Part shown: positions 1 to 9,214 of the stretch, in pieces
Layout of the letters: every line of letters starts with the position of its first letter
How positions within the stretch are numbered: the stretch's first letter is position 1
Origin: an uncultured Gaiellales bacterium
Lineage (GTDB): Bacteria; Actinomycetota; Thermoleophilia; RBG-16-64-13
DNA length: 64,000 nt
Direction of reading: 5' to 3'
NCBI GenBank assembly: GCA_964423425.1
Contig: CAYRES010000004.1
Location: 8,736-72,735, forward strand
Translations under genes and position numbers: made by a program
The notes under the pieces: generated by a model
Database searches by the model: none
Seen by the model: only the letters and a program-made list of their open reading frames with translations
Told to the model about the DNA's origin: nothing

Positions 1-579
1 ACTGTCTCCCCCTTCTCCGATGTTCCTACCACTCATCTCTTCTACGGGTCTATCTGCACCCTGCACGCTGAGGGGGTGATGACCGGCTTTGGCGACGGGC
101 TGTTTCGGCCGGACGACTTCGTGAGGCGGGCTCAGATGGCCAAGATACTGGTGCTTGCCCAAGGGAGCTCTCTGCGGGAGCTCGAGCCGCCCAGCCGGGC
201 CACCTTTTCCGACGTACCTCCCGGCGGGGGAGACTACCCCTTCATTTTCGTGGAGCAGGCGGCGGAGTGGGGTATTGTCGAGGGTCGCCCAGACGGCAGT
301 TTCGCTCCCTACGAGCACGTGACTCGGGCGCAACTCGCACTCATGGTGGTGCGTGCTGGTGGCTCCCATCTGGCCGCGCCGCCCACCGACTACCACCACG
401 GTCTTCTCGACGTCCCTCCCTTTGCGGCGGAGGCGGTGCGTATCGCCACCTACAACGGCCTGCTCTCGGGCACGACCGTCCACGCTTTCGACCCCTACAG
501 CTTCGCCACCCGGGGCCAAGTGGCCAAGGTGGTGTGGGCTCTCGTGGTGATTCTCGGCATGTCAGGTGCCTGGAATTGA
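1..579 (+). CDS. S-layer homology (SLH) domain protein, 5'-truncated by window edge (C-terminal part with 3 SLH repeats)
   Basis: The frame is open from nt 1. It holds three repeats of the SLH signature (FSDVP...GxxxGxxDGxFxP...VTRAQ): FSDVPTTHLFY..., FSDVPPGGGDYPFIFVEQAAEWGIVEGRPDGSFAP..VTRAQLA, and LLDVPPFAAEAV..YNGLL..FDPYSFATRGQVA. Confidence 0.8.
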   Translation, partial: TVSPFSDVPTTHLFYGSICTLHAEGVMTGFGDGLFRPDDFVRRAQMAKILVLAQGSSLRELEPPSRATFSDVPPGGGDYPFIFVEQAAEWGIVEGRPDGSFAPYEHVTRAQLALMVVRAGGSHLAAPPTDYHHGLLDVPPFAAEAVRIATYNGLLSGTTVHAFDPYSFATRGQVAKVVWALVVILGMSGAWN

Positions 580-691
580 CTGGGTGGACGCGGCCCCGTA
601 GCATCGGCCGTGACAAAGGGTCACGTGCGGTCTTGGTGGACGGACGGCGAACGGGGGCGTTTCCGGCGAGCGGGGCGAGGGGGCATGGGGC

Positions 692-2641
692 GTGAGTCAT
701 GGTTCGAGAGCAGGCCGACCCCACCCGACCGTGGGCGCGGCCACACGGCTGTCGGCCGATGATCTCTTCTACCTCAACGAGGGCACCCACCTGGAGTTGT
801 ACCGCCACTTGGGTGCACACCTGGGGGAGGTCGAGGGCGCGGCGGGTACGTACTTCGCCGTGTGGGCTCCCAATGCTCACAGCGTAGCGGTCGTCGGTGA
901 CTGGAACGGTTGGAATCCGGCGGCGCATCCACTCAAGGCCAGAAGCCTCTCTGGCGTCTGGGAGATGTTCGTGCCCGGCGTGGGCAAAGGCGCGCTCTAC
1001 AAGTACCACATCGTCTCGCGCCGCCACGGCTACTCGGTCAACAAAGCCGATCCTTTCGGAGTGTTCCATGAGAGCCCTCCCGGTACCGCCTCCATCGTGT
1101 GGGATCTCGACTACGTGTGGGGTGACGGCCCCTGGATGGCGGAGCGGAGCGAGCGCAACGGCCCCGAGGCACCGATCTCCATCTACGAGCTCCACCTGGG
1201 GAGTTGGATGCGGCAGGAGGAGGAAGGGGGTCGCTCGCTGTCCTATGCCGAAGCGGCCCCACGAGTGGCGGAACACGTGCGGAAGCTGGGTTTCACGCAC
1301 GTGGAGATCATGCCCATCATGGAGCACCCGTACGACGGTTCGTGGGGGTACCAGACCACCGGCTACTTCGCTCCCACCAGCCGCTACGGCACGCCGCAGG
1401 AGTTCATGGGCTTCATCGATACTCTCCACCGCGAGGGTATCGGGGTGATACTGGATTGGGTCCCTTCGCACTTCCCCTCCGACGAACACGGCCTCGCCTA
1501 CTTCGACGGGACACATCTCTACGAGCACGCCGACCCCAAGAAAGGATTCCACCCCGACTGGAAGAGTCTCATCTTCAACTACGGCCGGAACGAGGTCAGG
1601 AGTTTTCTACTGTCGAGTGCCCTGTTCTGGCTCGACGTGTATCACGCGGACGGGCTGCGAGTGGACGCGGTTGCGTCCATGCTGTACTTGGACTACTCGC
1701 GCGAGCCGGGAGAATGGATACCCAACAAACACGGCGGTCGGGAGAATCTGGAGGCCATCTCTTTCCTGCAGCGCATGAACGAGGAGGCCTACGGCCGCCA
1801 CCCCGACATCATGATGATCGCCGAGGAGTCCACCTCCTGGCCCATGGTCTCACGGCCGGTGTACCTGGGAGGGCTGGGCTTCGGCTTCAAGTGGGACATG
1901 GGGTGGATGCACGACACCCTCGACTACATGGCCTACGACCCTCTCTTCCGTAAGTATCATCACGAGAGGCTCACCTTCCGCTCGCTCTATCTCTCCACGG
2001 AGAACTTCGTTCTCCCGCTCTCCCACGATGAGGTGGTACATGAGAAATCCTCACTCATAGGGAAGATGCCGGGTGATGAGTGGCAGAAGTTCGCCAACCT
2101 GCGGCTTCTCTACGCCTACATGTGGATACAGCCGGGCAAGAAGCTGTTGTTCATGGGCGCGGAGATGGCCCAGTGGGAGGAATGGGACTACCGGGGGTGC
2201 CTCAGTTGGGATCTCCTCGCCTATCCCCGCCACCAAGGGGTGAGCCGCCTGCTCGCAGAACTGAATACCCTCTACCGACGGTATCCCGCTCTTCACCAGC
2301 TCGACCATTCACCCGCCGGCTTCGAGTGGATCGATGCGAACGACAGCGAGCAGAGCGTGATCACCGTCCTTCGGAAGGGTCATAGGGCCGAGGATACCGT
2401 CGTGGTGGTCCTCAACTTTACCCCGGTGCCCCGCTATGAGTACATGGTTGGAGTACCCCGACGGGGCCGCTGGGCCGAGATTCTGAACACCGATGAAAGA
2501 CACTTCGGTGGTAGTGGCCACTGCAACACGGCCGGTCTTGAGGCCCGGGATCGTCCCCACCACGCCCGGCCGTTCTCTGTGAGCCTCACCGTGCCTCCAC
2601 TGGGAGCGGTGTTCCTTCGCCCGGAGGGGGAGTCGGCGTAG
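692..2641 (+). CDS. glgB: 1,4-alpha-glucan (glycogen) branching enzyme
   Basis: 649-aa ORF with the GH13 GlgB hallmarks YFAVWAPNAHSVAVVGDWNGWN and YKYHI, plus HFPSDEHGLAYFDG and catalytic-region motifs GLRVDAVASMLY and GFGFKWDMGWMHD. Confidence 0.95.
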   Translation: MSHGSRAGRPHPTVGAATRLSADDLFYLNEGTHLELYRHLGAHLGEVEGAAGTYFAVWAPNAHSVAVVGDWNGWNPAAHPLKARSLSGVWEMFVPGVGKGALYKYHIVSRRHGYSVNKADPFGVFHESPPGTASIVWDLDYVWGDGPWMAERSERNGPEAPISIYELHLGSWMRQEEEGGRSLSYAEAAPRVAEHVRKLGFTHVEIMPIMEHPYDGSWGYQTTGYFAPTSRYGTPQEFMGFIDTLHREGIGVILDWVPSHFPSDEHGLAYFDGTHLYEHADPKKGFHPDWKSLIFNYGRNEVRSFLLSSALFWLDVYHADGLRVDAVASMLYLDYSREPGEWIPNKHGGRENLEAISFLQRMNEEAYGRHPDIMMIAEESTSWPMVSRPVYLGGLGFGFKWDMGWMHDTLDYMAYDPLFRKYHHERLTFRSLYLSTENFVLPLSHDEVVHEKSSLIGKMPGDEWQKFANLRLLYAYMWIQPGKKLLFMGAEMAQWEEWDYRGCLSWDLLAYPRHQGVSRLLAELNTLYRRYPALHQLDHSPAGFEWIDANDSEQSVITVLRKGHRAEDTVVVVLNFTPVPRYEYMVGVPRRGRWAEILNTDERHFGGSGHCNTAGLEARDRPHHARPFSVSLTVPPLGAVFLRPEGESA

Positions 2642-2645
2642 GTAG

Positions 2646-2697
2646 GAGGCCACCGGCTCAGTTCGAGGCCACCGGCTCAGTTCGAGGCCACCGGCTG
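2646..2697. repeat. 19-bp direct tandem repeat (2.7 copies) spanning the stop codon of the antiporter gene
   Basis: gaggccaccggctcagttc is repeated head-to-tail at 2646, 2665 and partially at 2684. The repeat unit is not a multiple of 3. Confidence 0.8.
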
Positions 2698-4848
2698 GAT
2701 GGCGCAGTCGAGCTGTTTCATGGTGTGCGCGTTGCCCGCGAGCAGCACCGTGTCTCCTTCCTTCAAGGTTTCATTGGGTGGCGGAGACACAATCACCCGT
2801 CCATCGCGTTCTACCTGGACGACAGTCACTCCGAGAACGCGGCGAAGGTCCAAAGAGGCGATGGTGTGGCCCACCCAGGGGTGATCCCCGGTGAGAAGGA
2901 GGCTTCCTGCCGAGAAGTCGTGCTTCCCTGTGTCCGAGCTCTCACTGCCTGGTGCGGGCTGCTCGAGGACCCACACGGCCCTCTCCAGCTGGTCATGTGC
3001 CGCAAGGAGGAGGAGGTGGTCGCCGGGGAAGAGACGGAATTCGGGCGGAGGAGCGAAGGTCATTCGACCCTTCCTGCTGACGGCGAGAATGCTGGTGCCG
3101 GTCTGTTCCCTGAGGGACAGCTCGCCAATTGTGAGGCCGGCGGCACCGGAGGAGGGCGGCAGGCGGAATTCGCGCAGTTGAGCCGCTCTCACCAGCCCCT
3201 CCGGAACCAGATCCATGGCGCCGGTGAGGATATCTGCAGCCTCGGCCGCTGCATCGCTGAAGGGGCGCAGGATGGCGTCTGCTCCCGCCGCCATGAATGC
3301 CGCCGCCTCATCTTCGTGGTGGGCGGTGAGGGCTGTTCTCCCCGTGAACTGCTGCTCTTGGAGCAGGCGAAGAGGTGCCAGATTGGACTCGAAGCCCGGG
3401 GTGGTGTTGACGACCCATCGTGCGCCTGTCAAAGGCAGTCGCTGGAAGATGTCGGGGTCGAGGGCGTCGCCGTAGACGACGGGCACCTCGTGTTGGGACC
3501 AGGTGGTGACCACTTCAGGGTCGAAGTCGACCCCGAGCAGCGTGCGGCCGCGGTTGAGCAGGTGGTTGGCGATTTCCCCGCCGTATCGGCCTAGGCCGAT
3601 GAGTATCACGTCGATGCCGGCCTCTAACGGCGCCTCCTTTCCCGCTTCCGCGTACGGTACCTTCCGCTGGAAGAGTTTGAGTGCCGGGGCAAGTCGTCTA
3701 TGGAGCGGCTCGGAGTAAAGGATCATGTAGGTGGAGAGTGTGATGGTGACCAGACCCACGAGCGTGACGAGCCCTAGAGTCTCGCCACCTATATGCCCGA
3801 GACTGACACCCAGTGCCACCAAGATGAGGGAGAACTCACTGATCTGAGCGACCGTCAGCCCGGCTAGGAAACTGGTCCTGCTGCGGTACCCCATGAGCCC
3901 CATGATGATCAAGACAATGAGGGGGTTCCCCACCAGAACGAACACCGAGAACACCAAGGCTTGAGGAACCTGAGCTCCGATGAGAGACAGGTCCAGCCTC
4001 ACACCCAAGTCGAGGAAGAAGAACAGCAGAAGAAAGTCGCGGACGACGGTGAGTCGCGAAGCGATGGCATCGCGGTACTCGGTGGTCGCGAGAGATACTC
4101 CACCCAGGAAGGCGCCCACCTCCCGGCTGAAGCCCAGCAGGTCGGCGGCCGCGGCCATGGCGACCGCCCAGGCAATGGCAAAGATCGCCAGCAACTCCTG
4201 CGAGCGCGCGATGCGGCCGAGTAGCCAGGGGAGAACGAACCGGGTCACCAGTGCCAGCCCAACGAGGAGCGCCGCGGCCTTCCCCGCTACTTCGAGCACC
4301 GTGAAGAGGGCGGAGCGGTCCTCGCCCGCCCCGGGCGCGAAGGCCGAGAGGGTGATCATAGCGATCACCACCACGATGTCCTGGACGATGAGAAAACCTA
4401 CCGCGATGCGGCCGTGAAGAGAGTCGATCTCGCGCTTGTCGGTGAGCAGCTTGACGATGATGACGGTGCTCGAGAAGGTGAGCGCAACCGCCACATACAC
4501 CGCTGTGACGGGAGAGAGGCCGAAGGCGAGTGCGATCAAGAATCCGAATACCGAGGTGAAGATCACCTGGCCCATACCTGTGGCCAAGGCTATTCGGCCC
4601 ATGGTCTTGATGGTGTGGAGGTCGAGCTTGAGCCCCACCACGAAGAGCAGTAGGGCGATGCCCATGCCGGCGAGCAGCTCGACCTCCTCGTGGCTCTCCA
4701 GGACACCGAGAACCGAGGGTCCGATGAGAATACCAGCGGCAAGGAAGGCGATGATCACCGGCTGCCTGAGGGCCAGTCCGAATGCGGCCAGCACCGCGGC
4801 CACCAGGAGGATGAAGGCGATCTCGTTGAAGACGTCTTCGAATTGCAC
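2677..4848 (-). CDS. Monovalent cation:proton antiporter (CPA2/Kef-type membrane domain) fused to TrkA-N (RCK) and TrkA-C regulatory domains
   Basis: The N-terminal ~400 aa is polytopic membrane sequence typical of Kef/CPA2. It is followed by a Rossmann RCK motif (VILIGLGRYGGEIANHL) and a C-terminal RCK_C region (ILAVSRKGRMTFAPPPEFRLFPGDHLLL). The likely start is GTG at 4848, with AGGAGAC 6 nt upstream. The ATG at 4929 gives a nonsense N-terminus. Confidence 0.85.
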   Translation of the reverse strand: MQFEDVFNEIAFILLVAAVLAAFGLALRQPVIIAFLAAGILIGPSVLGVLESHEEVELLAGMGIALLLFVVGLKLDLHTIKTMGRIALATGMGQVIFTSVFGFLIALAFGLSPVTAVYVAVALTFSSTVIIVKLLTDKREIDSLHGRIAVGFLIVQDIVVVIAMITLSAFAPGAGEDRSALFTVLEVAGKAAALLVGLALVTRFVLPWLLGRIARSQELLAIFAIAWAVAMAAAADLLGFSREVGAFLGGVSLATTEYRDAIASRLTVVRDFLLLFFFLDLGVRLDLSLIGAQVPQALVFSVFVLVGNPLIVLIIMGLMGYRSRTSFLAGLTVAQISEFSLILVALGVSLGHIGGETLGLVTLVGLVTITLSTYMILYSEPLHRRLAPALKLFQRKVPYAEAGKEAPLEAGIDVILIGLGRYGGEIANHLLNRGRTLLGVDFDPEVVTTWSQHEVPVVYGDALDPDIFQRLPLTGARWVVNTTPGFESNLAPLRLLQEQQFTGRTALTAHHEDEAAAFMAAGADAILRPFSDAAAEAADILTGAMDLVPEGLVRAAQLREFRLPPSSGAAGLTIGELSLREQTGTSILAVSRKGRMTFAPPPEFRLFPGDHLLLLAAHDQLERAVWVLEQPAPGSESSDTGKHDFSAGSLLLTGDHPWVGHTIASLDLRRVLGVTVVQVERDGRVIVSPPPNETLKEGDTVLLAGNAHTMKQLDCAIQPVASN

Positions 4849-4976
4849 CAACGGTCTCCTGCTTCGCTCGTGCGTCGTCGGAGGTCGGAGGGTACCTCGG
4901 GGAAGATGGTGAAGAGAAGCATAGCGCACGCGACAGGCTTGCGCGGGGTTCAGACTCTCCTCTATTGTGCGTGGGC

Positions 4977-5837
4977 ATGGAGTACGGCCAATACACGGTG
5001 CGTGTCAGTCAGAGGGCCCGCAAGGTCCACTTCGTCGTGTCGCGAAGGCATGGGCTCGAGGTGGTGGTGCCGGCGGGATTCGACCGCGGGCGCATTCCTG
5101 AACTGCTGGCGGACAAGAGGGACTGGCTCGCGCGTACGGCCGCCCGGCTGGGGGAGGAGGCTGCCCGTGTTCCCCGGGACGAAGCGGGCGATCTCCCGCA
5201 GGTGGTGCGATTGCGGGCCGTCGCTGAGGAGTGGCGCGTGGCGTACCGGGCCGGCTCAGAACCGGCTGGCCGGGGCCGGCCGAGGGTGAGAGAGTACCCT
5301 TCCGTGGAGCACGCCGGGCCCATTGAGTACGCCGGGCCCATTGGACAGGCCGGACCCATTGAAGGGCGCGACGGAAATGGGCCGGGAAGTCTCGAAGCGA
5401 TGAAGCCGGCGGGCTTCATCGCGGTCCCGGCGGAATCAGGGCGGGAAGCGCCGGTCCGCACCGCCCTTTCCCGCTGGCTGGAGAGCAGGGCTCGTCTGCA
5501 CCTCCCCGGCATGGTGGCCTCCACGGCGCGGGAACTCGGCTTGGACTACGCTGGTGTGAGCATAAGGGCGCAGAAGACCCGCTGGGGAAGCTGTTCGCGT
5601 GCGGGGGCGATAAGTCTCAACTGCACCCTTCTCTTCCTCCCGGCTCACCTGGTGGACTACGTGCTCGTGCATGAACTCTGCCACAGGAGAGAGCTGAACC
5701 ACTCAGATCGATTCTGGGCGATGGTGGGGGGGTTTCGACCGGACTGGAAGCTGAGGCGACGGGAGCTGAGGAAGGCGTCTGCGTACGTACCGCCGTGGGT
5801 GGAGCTGTGGATGGAGGAGCGCCGCCGGCAGGGCTGA
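4977..5837 (+). CDS. YgjP/DUF45-family metal-dependent hydrolase (M48-like HExxH motif)
   Basis: C-terminal signature YVLVHELCHRRELNHSDRFWAMV matches the YgjP family. N-terminal RVSQRARKVHFVV also matches. An internal in-frame triplicated hexapeptide is present (see repeat feature). Confidence 0.8.
   Translation: MEYGQYTVRVSQRARKVHFVVSRRHGLEVVVPAGFDRGRIPELLADKRDWLARTAARLGEEAARVPRDEAGDLPQVVRLRAVAEEWRVAYRAGSEPAGRGRPRVREYPSVEHAGPIEYAGPIGQAGPIEGRDGNGPGSLEAMKPAGFIAVPAESGREAPVRTALSRWLESRARLHLPGMVASTARELGLDYAGVSIRAQKTRWGSCSRAGAISLNCTLLFLPAHLVDYVLVHELCHRRELNHSDRFWAMVGGFRPDWKLRRRELRKASAYVPPWVELWMEERRRQG
5310..5363 (+). repeat. In-frame 18-bp tandem triplication inside the YgjP-like CDS
   Basis: Three head-to-tail units (cacgccgggcccattgag / tacgccgggcccattgga / caggccggacccattgaa) encode HAGPIE-YAGPIG-QAGPIE. 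Confidence 0.85.
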
Positions 5838-5985
5838 TGTCGAAGCGCACCAGGCGTAGGTACCGGACACGTGACGTGGGGGCCGCCGAACTGGCGTCCG
5901 GCGGCCCCCACGCTGTGCTTGCCAGAATGCGGGCGAACGGCTACTCCTACCCGCGCCGCCTTCTACCCCGACGCCTCATCGGCTC

Positions 5986-7185
5986 CTACGCGTAGCGCGC
6001 CACCACTTCCTGGATGTGCGGAATTGCCCCGTCCACTGTTTCCGGAGCAACGCAGTAGGCCAGACGAATGTGACCGGGGCCGAAGAAACCGCTTCCCGGC
6101 ACGACCAACACCAACTCCTCGGCCATTTCCTTGGCGAAGGCCACGTCGTCGTCGATGGGACAACGTGGGAAGAGGTAGAAGGCGCCTGCGGGTTCCGGCA
6201 CCTCGAGCCCCGCCTCCCGCAGCGCAGCGAGAAGCACGTCGCGGTTGCGTTTGTAGAGAGAGAGATCCACGGAGACACCCTGCAGGCGCTCGACTGCTCG
6301 CTGCATGAGTGCGGGAGCGTTGACGAAACCGAGTATGCGGACGGCGAGCACGCAGGCTCCCATCACCTGTTCGATCCCTTTGATGGCCGGGTTTGCGGCA
6401 ATATAGCCTATGCGCTCACCGGCAAGAGAGAGATTCTTCGAGTAGCTTGTCACCACCAACGAGTCGTCGTAGGTGGAGAGGACCGGGGGTACGACGGTAT
6501 CGTCGTACACGATGTCGCGGTAGGGTTCGTCGGAGACCAGGAAGATGCGGGTACCGAGTTCCTCCTCTTTCCGGGCGAGCATGGCGCCCAGGGCCTCGAG
6601 CGTCTCGCTCGGATAGATGACTCCGGTGGGGTTGTTGGGCGAGTTCACCAATACCACCCGGGTCTTCGGGTTGATAGCCGCTTCGAGGGAAGACAGGTCG
6701 AGGTTGAAGTCGGCGGCGGCGGGAACCATCTTGACCGTGCCGCCGTGGTTGTCGGTGTAGAAGCCGTATTCGACGAAGCAGGGATTGCTCACCAAGACCT
6801 CGTCGCCGGGATTGAGTAGGGCGCGTAACACCACATTGAGAGCTCCACCTGCACCCACCGTCATGACGATGTGCTCTGCCCCGACCTCCACCGCCTGTTG
6901 CTTCGACACCGTCGCTGCGATCGCGGCTCGGGTAGAGGGGTAGCCCGGGTTGGGCATGTAGCCGTGGGCTCCGGGAGTCTCCTCCGTGAGGAGGTTGGAG
7001 AGGCACAGCTTGAATTCCTTGGGCGGTTCGAGATTCGGATTACCGATGGAGAAGTCGAAGACGTTCTCGGCGCCGTGTTCGGCCTTCAGGCGGGTGCCTT
7101 CCTCGAACATCTTGCGAATCCAGGAGGAACGGGCCATATATCCGGCCATCTGCTCGGAAATCGGGAGCGGTGCGGTCATATCCAT
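5986..7185 (-). CDS. Class I/II PLP-dependent aminotransferase (aspartate/aromatic aminotransferase family)
   Basis: 399 aa with NVFDFSIGNPNLEPP, SYSKNLSLAGERIGY (PLP-lysine region) and LVNSPNNPTG. It is the last gene of the minus-strand ior-gdh operon. Confidence 0.9.
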   Translation of the reverse strand: MDMTAPLPISEQMAGYMARSSWIRKMFEEGTRLKAEHGAENVFDFSIGNPNLEPPKEFKLCLSNLLTEETPGAHGYMPNPGYPSTRAAIAATVSKQQAVEVGAEHIVMTVGAGGALNVVLRALLNPGDEVLVSNPCFVEYGFYTDNHGGTVKMVPAAADFNLDLSSLEAAINPKTRVVLVNSPNNPTGVIYPSETLEALGAMLARKEEELGTRIFLVSDEPYRDIVYDDTVVPPVLSTYDDSLVVTSYSKNLSLAGERIGYIAANPAIKGIEQVMGACVLAVRILGFVNAPALMQRAVERLQGVSVDLSLYKRNRDVLLAALREAGLEVPEPAGAFYLFPRCPIDDDVAFAKEMAEELVLVVPGSGFFGPGHIRLAYCVAPETVDGAIPHIQEVVARYA

Positions 7186-7258
7186 GAACCCCTTTGGTCG
7201 ATTCTAATCGAAGCCGCGCGTGTGCAGAATCGGGGAGGCCTCCTCGGCCCGGCTGGCA

Positions 7259-8542
7259 TCACGGGAACACCCCCCGCGACACCGCCGCCTGCGCCACCCG
7301 CTCCACCGCTAGGATGTAGGCGGCGGTGCGTAGGTCCACCTTGTGATCTTGCGCGATGGCGGCCACAGCGTGGAATGCCTGGGTGATGATCTGGTCCAGG
7401 CGGGCGTTGATGTCTTCCTCGTTCCAGAAGAGTTTCTGGGTGTTCTGCACCCACTCGAAGTAGCTGACGGTGACTCCCCCGGCGTTGGCCAAGATATCGG
7501 GCACCACGAGCACCCCTTGGTCGGCCAGAATGGCGTCGGCGTCGAAGGAGGTGGGGCCGTTGGCGCCCTCCACGATGATGCGGGCCTTGATGCGATCGGC
7601 GTTCTCCAGGGTGATCTGGCCCTCGATGGCGGCCGGCACCAGGATGTCGACGGGAAGCTCCAAGAGCTCGGCGTTGGTGACGGTGTCGCCCTGGGGGGCG
7701 GTGGAGACGGTGCCGTGTTCGGTCAAGTGAGTGCGGGCGGCGGGGATATCTAAGCCTGCTTCAGAGTAGATGCCTCCATCCACGTCGGAGACGGCCACCA
7801 CTTTCACCCCCATCTCGGAGAGGATGCGGGCGGTGTGGTAGCCTACATTGCCGAAGCCCTGCACGGCCACGCTCACCTGTTCCAAATCCAAGCCGCGGGC
7901 AATGGCGGCTTCGCGGAGAGCATAGACCGCGCCTTGAGCGGTGGCCGCTTCCCGGCCCAGAGAGCCTCCCACGCCCACCGGTTTGCCGGTCACCACCCCC
8001 AAGACCGTGTAGCCGGCCAGGATGGAGTAGGTGTCCATGATCCAGCTCATGGTCTGGGCGTTGGTGTTGATGTCGGGGGCGGGGATGTCGGAGTCGGGGC
8101 CGATAAAGGGGGTGATCTCCCAGGTGAAGCGGCGGGTGATGCGCTCAAGCTCTCCCAGGGAGAGCTCCCGGGGGTCGCACTGCACACCCCCCTTGGCCCC
8201 CCCGAAGGGGATGTCCACCACCGCGCACTTCCAGGTCATCAGGGCAGCTAAGGCTTTCACCTCGTCAAGGTCTACCGAGGGGTGGAAGCGGATGCCACCC
8301 TTGGCCGGGCCTCTATGGGTGGAGTGCTGCACCCGGTAGCCGGAGAACACCCGGACGGTGCCGTCGTCCATGCGCACGGGGAAGTCCACGCTCAAGGAAC
8401 GGCCGCCCCGCCACAGTACGTCGGCCAAGCCGGGGTCCAGATCCAGATGGGAGACGGCCTTGTGGTACTGCATGTAGGCGACGTCTAGGAGCTTGAAGCC
8501 TTCCGGTTGGCAGCTTATGGCGAAGCCGCTGTCTTGGTCCAT
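7259..8542 (-). CDS. gdhA: Glutamate dehydrogenase (Glu/Leu/Phe/Val dehydrogenase family)
   Basis: 427 aa. Carries the GDH signature IPFGGAKGGVQCDP, an NAD(P) Rossmann motif (VAVQGFGNVGYH) and the C-terminal dimerisation region. Confidence 0.95.
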   Translation of the reverse strand: MDQDSGFAISCQPEGFKLLDVAYMQYHKAVSHLDLDPGLADVLWRGGRSLSVDFPVRMDDGTVRVFSGYRVQHSTHRGPAKGGIRFHPSVDLDEVKALAALMTWKCAVVDIPFGGAKGGVQCDPRELSLGELERITRRFTWEITPFIGPDSDIPAPDINTNAQTMSWIMDTYSILAGYTVLGVVTGKPVGVGGSLGREAATAQGAVYALREAAIARGLDLEQVSVAVQGFGNVGYHTARILSEMGVKVVAVSDVDGGIYSEAGLDIPAARTHLTEHGTVSTAPQGDTVTNAELLELPVDILVPAAIEGQITLENADRIKARIIVEGANGPTSFDADAILADQGVLVVPDILANAGGVTVSYFEWVQNTQKLFWNEEDINARLDQIITQAFHAVAAIAQDHKVDLRTAAYILAVERVAQAAVSRGVFP

Positions 8543-8617
8543 TGCGTGCTCCTCAATTATGTTCTGTGTGCTACTGATGGTGCAGCGGCCGTCTCCGATG
8601 AGACGGCCGCACTGTTC

Positions 8618-9214
8618 CTACTGCTCCCAGTCCTTGGTCTGGGCCCGGCCCACGGCGAAGGCCCGCAAGTTGAGGTCAAGGATCTTGGCCGGTAGTTCCC
8701 GGTGTAGCACCGTGTCCCACACGCCTTCCTCGATGGGAAGGAGCGTGGAGAGGGCCCCGAGTAAGACCACGTTGGCGGAACGGGCCGAGCCCGCCTCCTC
8801 GGCCAAGGCGGTCGCGTCGATGGCCAGCGAACGCGGGGCGCAGGAGGCGATACGCTCCTCCACATCGTCGGGGTAGGTGAGTGCTCCGCTCGTCACCGTG
8901 CTGGGGTTGACGCGGGCGGTGTTGTAGAGGTGCAGACCGTCGGCTTTTAAGAAGTGGCAGTTGCGTACCGCCTCCAGCGGTTCGAAGGAGAGCATGACAT
9001 CCACCATGCCCTCAGAGAGCACGGGCGAAAAGACCTCTTCCCCTATGCGCAGGTGACTGGTGACACTACCGCCGCGCTGGGCCATGCCGTGCACTTCGCT
9101 CTGCTTGATGTCGTAGCCCGCCTCCACGGCGGCCTGCGAAAGCAGGAAGCTGGCCAGGATGACGCCTTGGCCTCCCACCCCGGCCATGAGGATGTTGGTG
9201 CTGTCGCTCTTCAC
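8618..9214 (-). CDS. iorB: Indolepyruvate:ferredoxin oxidoreductase beta subunit (2-oxoacid:Fd oxidoreductase gamma-like)
   Basis: 198 aa. N-terminus ILMAGVGGQGVILASFLLSQAAVEAGYD...GMAQRGGSVTSHLRIGE is typical of IorB/PorG. Its start overlaps the iorA stop. Confidence 0.9.
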   Translation of the reverse strand: MKSDSTNILMAGVGGQGVILASFLLSQAAVEAGYDIKQSEVHGMAQRGGSVTSHLRIGEEVFSPVLSEGMVDVMLSFEPLEAVRNCHFLKADGLHLYNTARVNPSTVTSGALTYPDDVEERIASCAPRSLAIDATALAEEAGSARSANVVLLGALSTLLPIEEGVWDTVLHRELPAKILDLNLRAFAVGRAQTKDWEQ

